From Rhodoferax sp. (lineage in GTDB: Bacteria > Pseudomonadota > Gammaproteobacteria > Burkholderiales > Burkholderiaceae_C): 33,507 bases of DNA. The translations under genes and the position numbers were made by a program. The notes below the pieces were generated by a model. The model was not told the DNA's origin. It worked only from the letters and a program-made list of their open reading frames with translations, and ran no database searches. Shown in pieces: positions 9,419-17,251 of this stretch. The stretch is from contig JANOUM010000365.1 in NCBI GenBank assembly GCA_031416855.1, positions 1 to 33,507 of the forward strand, written 5' to 3'. How positions within the stretch are numbered: the first letter of the stretch is position 1; each line of letters starts with the position of its first letter.

Positions 9419-9791
9419 TCAGACGATCCGGCACTCGCGCAGGCCGGCGATGTCGGACGCGCTGTAGCCCACACTGCCCAGCACCTGGTCGGCATGCTCC
9501 CCGCGCATCGGCGGGCGCTGGCGAATACCGGTATCCATGCCGAAAAACTCCACCGACCCGCCACCAGCGGCGCGGGCTTCGACAAGCCGGGATAGTCGGT
9601 CCAGGTCAACATGCCGGTCAGCACCACCTGGGCATCCTCGATCACCTGCAGTGGCGAGAGCAGTTGCCCGGCCGGTATGCCCGACTGTTCCAGACGCGCC
9701 AGCACCCGGCGACGCAGCACCCAAAGTCGAGGACGCGAACCCCCTGCAGCAGTGGCTCCAGAGGCCCTTCGTCTTCGGTATCTTCCGCCAT
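9419..9791 (-). pseudogene. Family III (CaiB/BaiF) CoA-transferase with large internal deletion
   Basis: ATG 9791 gives MAEDTEDEGPLEPLLQGVRVLDFG..AG, joined out of frame near 9705 to C-terminal VLARLEQSGIPAGQLLSPLQVIED.. and, after a second shift at 9557-9559, RPPMRGEHADQVLGSVGYS..RIV*. It is 373 bp versus about 1.2 kb for this family. Confidence 0.8.
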
Positions 9792-9815
9792 GTGCGCGCG
9801 CCTTCCGGTCGGGTG

Positions 9816-11015
9816 TCAGCTGAGCAAGCCCAGGATCGAGATCGCCGCGATCCCCTGGTACGGAACACCGCCGAGGTTGTGTGTCAGGCCGATGCTCGGG
9901 CCGGGCAGTTGCCGTGCGCCGGCGCGGCCCAGCAGTTGGGTATAGACCTCGTAGGCCATGCGCAGGCCCGAGGCGCCGATCGGGTGGCCGAAACACTTGA
10001 GACCGCCATCGATCTGGCACGGAACACCGCCGTCGCGGTCGTAGAAGCCGTCCAGCACGTCGTGCGTGGCGCGCCCGTCCGCGGATACGAACAAGTCTTC
10101 CATCGTGACCAGTTCGGTGATGGAGAAGCAGTCGTGCACTTCCATCAGGTCGAGTTCCTCGCGCGGATTCGTAACGCCGGCCTCCGCGTAGGCGCGTTTG
10201 GCCGCCGTGCGGGTGGTGCGCACATAACTGCCGTCCCACTGGTCGGTGGCGCTTTCCACACCCGAACCGATGGCGAGCTGGATTGCCTTGATCGTGACCA
10301 GGTCCTTCTTGCCCAGTGCACGCGCGATGTCCGGCGTGGTCACGATAGCGCAGGCCGAGCCGTCGCTCACACCGCAGCAGTCGAACAGGCCCAGTGGCTC
10401 GGCGATCATCGGCGCGTTCAGGATCTGCTCCATGGTGACCTCCTTCTGCAGGTGGGCCTTGGGGCTGCGCATACCGTTCTGGTGGCTCTTCCAGGACACG
10501 TGGGCAATGGCGCGCTTCAATGTTTCCTTGGAGATGCCATGCTTGGCGCGGTAACCGGCCGCCAGTTGCGCAAAACCGGCCGGCGCCGAACCCAGCGGCA
10601 TCCAGAGGTCATTGAAGGTTCCCTTGAAGCCGGAGGGTAGCCCGCCGTAACCGGTGTCCTTGAGTTTTTCCGCGCCAATAGCCAGGGCGATGTCCACCGC
10701 GCCCGATGCCACCGCATAGACCGCGCCGCGCAGCGCCTCGGTTCCGGTGGCACACATGTTCTCCATGCGGCTAACCGGAATGCCATCCAGACGCAGCGCC
10801 ATCGATGCCGGAATCGCCGAATTGCCCACGTTGACGGAGTCCAGTGCCGCGCCGTACCAGGCCGCATCGATCTGCTTGCGCTCGATCCCGGCATCGGTCA
10901 GCGCCTCCTCGAATGCCTCGGCCAACAACTGCGGTGTGCCGACGTCCCAACGCTCGCCGAAACGCGAGCAGCCCATGCCAAGAATGGCGACCTTGTCCTT
11001 GATACCTGTAGCCAT
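9816..11015 (-). CDS. Thiolase, SCP2/SCP-x type (acetyl-CoA acetyltransferase)
   Basis: ENMCATG active Cys, DCCGVSDG, EVHDCF, GHPIGASG, THNLGG. Confidence 0.92.
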   Translation of the reverse strand: MATGIKDKVAILGMGCSRFGERWDVGTPQLLAEAFEEALTDAGIERKQIDAAWYGAALDSVNVGNSAIPASMALRLDGIPVSRMENMCATGTEALRGAVYAVASGAVDIALAIGAEKLKDTGYGGLPSGFKGTFNDLWMPLGSAPAGFAQLAAGYRAKHGISKETLKRAIAHVSWKSHQNGMRSPKAHLQKEVTMEQILNAPMIAEPLGLFDCCGVSDGSACAIVTTPDIARALGKKDLVTIKAIQLAIGSGVESATDQWDGSYVRTTRTAAKRAYAEAGVTNPREELDLMEVHDCFSITELVTMEDLFVSADGRATHDVLDGFYDRDGGVPCQIDGGLKCFGHPIGASGLRMAYEVYTQLLGRAGARQLPGPSIGLTHNLGGVPYQGIAAISILGLLS

Positions 11016-11027
11016 GGTGTTTCCCTT

Positions 11028-12494
11028 TTAGCCTTCGGCCTGAATCGCGGTCATCTTCCAGAAATAGCGCGGATAACCCCGCGCCCTGTCCACGTCCTTG
11101 ACACGGAACACGGCGCGCAGCCGCATGCCCGCCTCAACACCCTTGGCGTCGACGTCCACCATTTCCATGAGCACCCGGGCACCGTTGGCGAACTGCACGA
11201 AACCGACATACAGCGGGGGAGCGGGATGGTAGGACAACCAGTCAGCGGTGTAGGTCAGCACCTTGGCCGGTTCCTCGGTCAGGCTCACCTGCTTGAACTG
11301 GGCCTGCGGCGCATTGCACTGCGGGTTGGCGCAATAAGGCAGCTGCGGGAACTGGAAGGTTCCGCATTTGCTGCACTTGCCGGCCACGAAATGACCGAGC
11401 TGATCGCTGGAACGGTACTGCTCGGTGAAAGCGGTCTTGAGGACCTTTTCGCTGCGCATGCCCCATTCCAGATCGATGCCGTCGTCGTACGACAACAAAC
11501 GCAGGTAGTCAGCGTGGGTCTGGCCGTCCGCCAGCGCGCCGCTCACGCCACGCCTGGGCTTAAAGCCGGCAATGGCATCGGTGACCCGCAGCACGAGAAC
11601 ATCACAGCCCTGGCCGAACCCGACCAGCAGCACCACGTCGCCAGCGGCTGCCGACTCGAGCACACGCGCCAGCATCACCAGCCCGTGCGCCGAGCCGCAA
11701 TAGCCGCCATCTTCCTCCAGGGCGCTCGCCTCGACCCCGACGGCTAGCCCCAGTTTGCGCGCCAGCATCGTTGCAACACCCTTGAACGGCGTTGGCAGGA
11801 TGAAATGCTTCACGGCGTCGACAGGCACGCCGGCATCGGCCAGCGCGGATTTCACGACACCCGGCACAAGCTTCGTGTAGCCCTCGTCCCGGATCCAGCG
11901 CTCCTCCCAGTAGTAGTCGTACTTGCCGTCTGCAGAACGGAAGTGGTCCACGAACAGCGCGCTGCTGCTGGCCGAGCCTTCCAGGGTGGCCAGCACGCCT
12001 TGGGTGCCGAGCGTGAAGGCCGCGGCCCCGGCACCGAAGCTGATTTCCTGGGTGCTGGCCGGTTTGCCGCGGGGACGGTCGCTGGCAACCACCAGCGCCG
12101 GGCCGCTGGCGTCCCGGAACGCCGCTATCAGGGACGATGTCCCGGCCCGTTGCGACTGGCCGATGTCCAGCGTCTGGATATCGCGCCGCAGCCCAAGTGC
12201 CCCCGCGACGATGGACGCGTTCTGCAGGTCCGCAAACGGCATCGTGGTGGAGGCAAACGACAGGCGGTCGATCGTGGCCACCTGATGGGCAGGAAGCGCG
12301 TCGCGGGCTGCCTCGACCGCCATGGTGACGCTGTCTTCGTCCCAGCTGCAAAACGCACGCCGGCCCTTGGCCTGCGAACGCAGCGAGGGAGCCATCCATT
12401 TGTGGGCGGCAGCGATGGCGCTGCGCTCCATGCGCAGGCGCGGCACGTACCCGCCGAATCCGGTAATGCCGTATGCACTTGCTGAAGTCACCAT
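11028..12494 (-). CDS. HMG-CoA-synthase-fold protein fused to a DUF35 Zn-ribbon/OB-fold domain
   Basis: GITGFGGYVPRLR, DEDSVTMAVEAA, GAGAAAF, LVGFGQGCD (HMGS fold); C-terminal CSKC..CANPQC followed by an OB-fold ending YFWK. SQRAGT occupies the position of the catalytic ACxxGT. Confidence 0.85.
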   Translation of the reverse strand: MVTSASAYGITGFGGYVPRLRMERSAIAAAHKWMAPSLRSQAKGRRAFCSWDEDSVTMAVEAARDALPAHQVATIDRLSFASTTMPFADLQNASIVAGALGLRRDIQTLDIGQSQRAGTSSLIAAFRDASGPALVVASDRPRGKPASTQEISFGAGAAAFTLGTQGVLATLEGSASSSALFVDHFRSADGKYDYYWEERWIRDEGYTKLVPGVVKSALADAGVPVDAVKHFILPTPFKGVATMLARKLGLAVGVEASALEEDGGYCGSAHGLVMLARVLESAAAGDVVLLVGFGQGCDVLVLRVTDAIAGFKPRRGVSGALADGQTHADYLRLLSYDDGIDLEWGMRSEKVLKTAFTEQYRSSDQLGHFVAGKCSKCGTFQFPQLPYCANPQCNAPQAQFKQVSLTEEPAKVLTYTADWLSYHPAPPLYVGFVQFANGARVLMEMVDVDAKGVEAGMRLRAVFRVKDVDRARGYPRYFWKMTAIQAEG

Positions 12495-12517
12495 GATGGG
12501 CTGATCTATTATGTGGA

Positions 12518-12566
12518 GTTGATACTTTTAGTATGCAACAATACCATAATCAAGAGCATGGTATTG
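12518..12566. promoter_or_regulatory. Two adjacent inverted repeats in a divergent promoter
   Basis: GTTG-ATACT-ttt-AGTAT-gCAAC (12518-12539) and perfect CAATACCAT-N10-ATGGTATTG (12539-12566). Confidence 0.55.
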
Positions 12567-12681
12567 GAAAGAGGCTATTGGAAGCCACTGAATCGCCAAC
12601 CCGCTACCCGCCGAAAGCGACACCAGGACGGGCATCCCAGCGAAGGCGCATCCAGGCCTCCCACGCAGGAAGAACACTCGA

Positions 12682-14229
12682 ATGCAGCATGGACTTCGCT
12701 ACTGGAGATCTGTCCGACCCGACCGCGTCGCCGTGGCCGTAGGGGAGTTGACTCTCACGTACGAACAGCTTGAACTGCAGGCCAACCGGCTTGCCCGCGT
12801 CTTCGACGCCTTCGGACTGGCGCGCGGCGACCATGTGGCCGCCCTCCTTCCCAACGACCCTTTTGTGATCGCGGTGGCGTGGGCCGCCTACCGCCGGGGC
12901 CTGTATTTCACGCCGGTGTCGACGGCGCTGTCCACGCTCGACGCGGCGTACATCCTCGGCAATTGCCAGGCCAAACTGGTGATTGCGCAAGGCCCCGCCA
13001 AGTCCGTATTGACCGAGCTGCCGGACCTGGTGGGCGCCGGCAGGATTGCCTGGCTGTCGCGTGGCGAGTCGATTGCCGGGTTTGAAGCCGTCGAACCACG
13101 CATGGCGCAACAGGCCGACGGGGCCGGCGACCGGGAGTGCCCAGGCGCGCTCATGATGTACACATCGGGCACTACCGGCTTTCCCAAAGGCGTGTGGCGG
13201 CCTCTGCCCGATGCGGCTTATGTGGGCCCGCCGATCTTTGCAGCCGACCTCATCACTGTCTTCCAGCTCGATGCCGAGTCACGCTACCTGCTCACCGGCC
13301 CGCTCTACCATGCCGCCTCACTGCGCTGCGCGCTCGCGGTCACGTCATCGGGCGGGACCGCCATCTGCCTGCAGAAGTTCGACGCCGAGGCCGCCCTGCG
13401 CACCGTCATGGCACAGCGCGTGACCCACTCGCAGTGGGTGCCGACGATGCTGCAGCGCATGCTGCGGCTGCCAGAAGCGGTGCGCAAGCGTTACCACGCA
13501 CCTGCACACAGGTTGGCGTGGCACGCGGCTGCGCCCTGTCCGGCATCTGTCAAGCGCGCCATGATCGACTGGTGGGGGCCGATCATCATGGAGTACTACG
13601 CGGGCAGCGAAAGTGTCGGCATGACCGTCATCAACGCGCAAGAATGGCTGGCCCATCCGGGTTCGGTCGGACGGGTCTTGCGCGGCGTGCCGCATATTCT
13701 GGACGACGACTGGAACGAGTTGCCCGCGGGCAAGACGGGGCGCATCTATTTCTCCGGACTCACAGCCTTCCGGTATTTCGGTGATCCGGACAAGACCGCC
13801 GGGCGCACCAGTCCGCAGGGCTACCAGACTCTGGGGGACATCGGCTACCTCGACGACGAGGGTTTCATGTACCTGACCGACCGCATGGACGACATGATCA
13901 TCTCCGGCGGTGTCAATGTCTACCCGCAGGAGATCGAGACGGCGATTGCCGAACTCCATGCAGTGGTGGATGTCGGCGTGGTCGGCGTCGCGGACGAGGA
14001 GTATGGCGAACGACCGGTCGCGTTCATCGCAGGCGCTCCTGGCACCGACCCGGAAACACTGGAGCGCCTGGTGCGTGCCCACTGCGAACAGCGCCTGGGA
14101 ACCATCAAACGGCCGGTGCGCTACGTGGTCATGCCGGAACTGCCACGCTCAGCTGCCGGCAAGATGCTGCGGCGTGAATTGCGCAAGCAAGTCGCACAAA
14201 CGCGTCCGCCATCGACCGAAGAAACATAG
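12682..14229 (+). CDS. Acyl-CoA synthetase (AMP-forming)
   Basis: [56 protein letters not shown]. Confidence 0.92.
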   Translation: MQHGLRYWRSVRPDRVAVAVGELTLTYEQLELQANRLARVFDAFGLARGDHVAALLPNDPFVIAVAWAAYRRGLYFTPVSTALSTLDAAYILGNCQAKLVIAQGPAKSVLTELPDLVGAGRIAWLSRGESIAGFEAVEPRMAQQADGAGDRECPGALMMYTSGTTGFPKGVWRPLPDAAYVGPPIFAADLITVFQLDAESRYLLTGPLYHAASLRCALAVTSSGGTAICLQKFDAEAALRTVMAQRVTHSQWVPTMLQRMLRLPEAVRKRYHAPAHRLAWHAAAPCPASVKRAMIDWWGPIIMEYYAGSESVGMTVINAQEWLAHPGSVGRVLRGVPHILDDDWNELPAGKTGRIYFSGLTAFRYFGDPDKTAGRTSPQGYQTLGDIGYLDDEGFMYLTDRMDDMIISGGVNVYPQEIETAIAELHAVVDVGVVGVADEEYGERPVAFIAGAPGTDPETLERLVRAHCEQRLGTIKRPVRYVVMPELPRSAAGKMLRRELRKQVAQTRPPSTEET

Positions 14230-14283
14230 CATAGGAGAGACTCGCAGAATTCAAAACCGCAACAGCCCCGAAATCCCTCGGCA

Positions 14284-14520
14284 GGACCCGACTTTGGGGA
14301 CCACCATAGCCAACCTGGACATGAACGATGTGCGTTCCCCGAAACCGGTGTTCGCCGGGGACACGATCTGCGCCAAGACAAGCGTGCTGGAATTGCGGGC
14401 CAGCAATTCCCGCCCGGCGCGGGCATCATCACCTTCCACCAACAGGGCTTCAACCAGCGCGGCGAGGAGGTGGTCACATTCACCCGTCAGGCACTGATGT
14501 TCAGGAAGCCGCAGGCATGA
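14284..14520 (+). pseudogene. C-terminal remnant of a MaoC family dehydratase
   Basis: [42 protein letters not shown], then after a -1 shift at 14413-14417 [34 protein letters not shown]. No N-terminus is present. Confidence 0.75.
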
Positions 14521-14599
14521 AGACGGTGTCGCTACCGCCTGCCGTCCTGGCTCCCTCCCGGCACCAGCCATCCGGCCCTGCCACGCCGCGCGCCGACCA

Positions 14600-15391
14600 C
14601 TAACAGCCGCGAAACACCGGCGTGCGACGCTCGACCTGGGCGGCGATGCCCTCCTTCGCGTCGGCGCTCAATGCCACACGCGCCAGCGCCATGGCCTCCA
14701 GTTCCAGCTGCGACTCCAGGTGCGCCGCACCGGCGCGCAGAAACAGCCGCTTGATCTCGCCGTAGGCGAGCGTCGGACCTTCGGCGAACTCCTGCGCCAG
14801 CGCCAGTGCTTGTGCCTGCAAGTCGGCGTCCGAAACCACGCGATCCACCAGACCGGTCTGCAGCGCCTCCTGGCTGCTCAGCACCTCGCCCAGCAGGACA
14901 AAGCGGCGCGCGCGCGCCGCGCCCATGCGCGCGGTAAACGCGACGCTGGAGCCTGAATCGCAGCTGAAGCCGATCTTGGCGAAGGCCGAGCCAATCTTGG
15001 TGGATTCACCGGCCATCACGATGTCGCAGCCGGCCAGCATCGCCGCCGCGCCGCCCATGGCCCAACCCTGCACCGCAACCACAATGGGCACCGGCAACTG
15101 CCAGGCACGCTGCAAGCCCATGTGGAAATCGGCCGTCCACGCGTGGATCAGCGGTGCCAGGTTGCCCAACTGCGGATAGAAGGCCTTCAGGTCGCCGCCG
15201 AAACTGAAGTTGTCGCCATCGGCGCGCAGCAGCACCGCGCGCAGCTTGGGTTCATTCCACAAGTCCATGAAGACCTGCCTGAATTTGCGCCCCATATCGC
15301 CGTCGATGGGATTGCCGCGTTCCGGCTGCGCCAGGCTGACGATGGCCAGGCCGGCCTGCATCTCGACGCGAATGGAGGATGGATGTGTCAT
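14600..15391 (-). CDS. Enoyl-CoA hydratase/isomerase (PaaG-like crotonase)
   Basis: FSFGGDL oxyanion loop, VQGWAMGG, FAKIGFSCDSG; no canonical catalytic Glu pair, Asp present; ATGA-coupled to the upstream SDR. Confidence 0.88.
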   Translation of the reverse strand: MTHPSSIRVEMQAGLAIVSLAQPERGNPIDGDMGRKFRQVFMDLWNEPKLRAVLLRADGDNFSFGGDLKAFYPQLGNLAPLIHAWTADFHMGLQRAWQLPVPIVVAVQGWAMGGAAAMLAGCDIVMAGESTKIGSAFAKIGFSCDSGSSVAFTARMGAARARRFVLLGEVLSSQEALQTGLVDRVVSDADLQAQALALAQEFAEGPTLAYGEIKRLFLRAGAAHLESQLELEAMALARVALSADAKEGIAAQVERRTPVFRGC

Positions 15392-16266
15392 GGCGTGGGG
15401 ATCCCTTCCGTGAGAAGTTTAGGCAGACTGGCGCGGTGGAAGGCCTCGAAGGGCTTGCTGCGGTGGTGGGGTTCGAGGTTCCAGGTGGTGCGTGCATTGG
15501 GTGTTCCGCCGTCGACCCGTATGCAGCTTCCCGTGATGTAGGCCGCTGCCGACGACAGCAGGTACACGATGGCGGCGGACACCTCCGACTCGGTGCCATA
15601 ACGCTGCAACGGGACACGCTGCGGAAACTCCAGGATTTTGGCCTTGGCCTCAGGCGAGTAGGTGTCGAAGCCACTGGACGCGATGCCACCGGGCGCCACC
15701 GTATTGACACGCACGCCTGAAGCGGCCCATTCACAGGCCGCCGTCTCGGTGAGCGTGAGCATGCCGCCGCGGGCAGCCCCTGAATGCGCAAAATCGGGCC
15801 AGCCGCTCCAGATGTCGGCGATGATGTTGACGATGGCCCCGCCGTTCGCCTCCATCCAGCGCAGGTAGGCCTCGCGCATGAAGATAAAACCACCGGTCAG
15901 GTTGCTGCGCACCACCGCCTCGAAGCCCTTGGTCGAAATCGTCTTCATGGCGGTTCGGTATTGCCCACCGGCGTTGTTGACCAGGCCATCGAGACGCCCG
16001 CGCAGCTGCAGCACGGCATCGATGGTGGCGCCCACGGCCAGTTCGTCCCGGATGTCGCACACATGGATGCTGACGCTGCCGCCGTCGTGCAGGATTTCCG
16101 CCCGCACCGCCTCAAGCTTGTCCGCCGTGCGTCCAACCAGCGCGACATGCGCACCCAAGGCCGAAAGCTCGTGGGCCGTGCAGCGGCCGATGCCACTTCC
16201 GCCGCCGGTGACGATGACCGTCTGGCCGGCAAACAGGTCATCGCGAAACACGGATTGGTAAGGCAT
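15388..16266 (-). CDS. SDR, AtuB-like (citronellol dehydrogenase / trans-2-enoyl-CoA reductase-like)
   Basis: YQSVFRDDLFAGQTVIVTGGGSGIGRCTAHEL, NNAGGQY, HSGAAR, VAPGGIASSG; resembles Pseudomonas AtuB from memory. RBS GGAG before ATG 16266. Confidence 0.85.
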   Translation of the reverse strand: MPYQSVFRDDLFAGQTVIVTGGGSGIGRCTAHELSALGAHVALVGRTADKLEAVRAEILHDGGSVSIHVCDIRDELAVGATIDAVLQLRGRLDGLVNNAGGQYRTAMKTISTKGFEAVVRSNLTGGFIFMREAYLRWMEANGGAIVNIIADIWSGWPDFAHSGAARGGMLTLTETAACEWAASGVRVNTVAPGGIASSGFDTYSPEAKAKILEFPQRVPLQRYGTESEVSAAIVYLLSSAAAYITGSCIRVDGGTPNARTTWNLEPHHRSKPFEAFHRASLPKLLTEGIPTP

Positions 16267-16350
16267 GTACGCTCCGCAAAGAGTCAGTTTGGAACAGCCG
16301 CGCAAGCCTTGCGGCCACAGACAATGAAGTGGATGTGCACGACAATCATG

Positions 16351-16368
16351 TAATAAGCTAGATTATTA
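16351..16368. promoter_or_regulatory. Palindrome TAATAA-GCTAGA-TTATTA between the divergent SDR and TetR genes
   Basis: 18-bp near-perfect inverted repeat in the AT-rich divergent promoter, a typical position for a TetR operator. Confidence 0.55.
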
Positions 16369-16454
16369 TATAGAAGCGGCGGAGTTATTTCCGTAAACCG
16401 CCGCAGCCCGAAAACGATGATTCTTGCCAGGGGTGACTGCGCCTGCACACGATA

Positions 16455-17243
16455 ATGCAGGTTCCGCCGCACCACGATCCCACTGCCCCCATGCCGCCCC
16501 CGCGCACCCGCCCCACCACCCGCAGACTGCCACGCGACGAGCGCATTTCCAAGATCATGTCGGTCACCCGCGTCATGCTTGCGGAAAAAGGACACAACAA
16601 CCTCGTCACCACCGAAGTGGCCGAACGTTGCGGCATTTCGGAAGCCACCATCTACAAGTACTTCGACAGCAAGCGCGAGTTGCTGATCAAGGTCGCGGAG
16701 CAGTGGTTCGACGAGATGCTACGCGAAGACCACCGCAGTGTGAGCGGCCACGGCACGCTCGAGGCACTGCGCCAGATGGTCTGGCGCAACCTGTCGATGG
16801 TGCGCCGCGAACCCGCGCTGACGCGTTTTGTACTGCTCGACCTACGGCCCGACCCGGCCTACCGGTCGATGTCGATCTTCGAATTGAACCGGCGCTTCAC
16901 GGCCCAGGTGGCGGAGGTGCTGCGCGAGGGGGTGCAGACCGGCGAGTTGCGCGACGACGTGCCGATCAACTTGCTGCGCGACATGATCTTCGGCTGCATC
17001 GAGCACCAGACCTGGGCCTACCTGCGCGGCGAAGGCGACTTTTCGGTGAACGAAGTGGCGGACGGCATAGCGACGGTTGTTTTCCGGGGCATGCGAGCGG
17101 AGGCGGCCACGGCCAAGGCTGGTGCAGAACAGGACCTGGGCGAGGTTGTGCGCCGGCTCGAGCGTGTGGCTGTGCGGCTCGAAAAAGGCCCTGTCGGCAC
17201 GCCGCAGCCCGGCAAGCTGCGACGCTCCGCCGAACAGGCATAG
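16455..17243 (+). CDS. TetR/AcrR family regulator
   Basis: AEKGHNNLVTTEVAERCGISEATIYKYFDSKRELL helix-turn-helix; start could alternatively be 16491. Confidence 0.92.
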   Translation: MQVPPHHDPTAPMPPPRTRPTTRRLPRDERISKIMSVTRVMLAEKGHNNLVTTEVAERCGISEATIYKYFDSKRELLIKVAEQWFDEMLREDHRSVSGHGTLEALRQMVWRNLSMVRREPALTRFVLLDLRPDPAYRSMSIFELNRRFTAQVAEVLREGVQTGELRDDVPINLLRDMIFGCIEHQTWAYLRGEGDFSVNEVADGIATVVFRGMRAEAATAKAGAEQDLGEVVRRLERVAVRLEKGPVGTPQPGKLRRSAEQA

Positions 17244-17251
17244 TCAGGAAT

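Noticed and set aside
8422-10239. 605-aa minus-strand ORF
   Set aside because: Alternative frame over the thiolase and SDR genes; only about 9560-9705 is real, as part of the CoA-transferase remnant.
14517-14603. 28-aa ORF ATGA-coupled to the MaoC remnant
   Set aside because: Too short, no recognisable motif, and overlaps the convergent crotonase stop.
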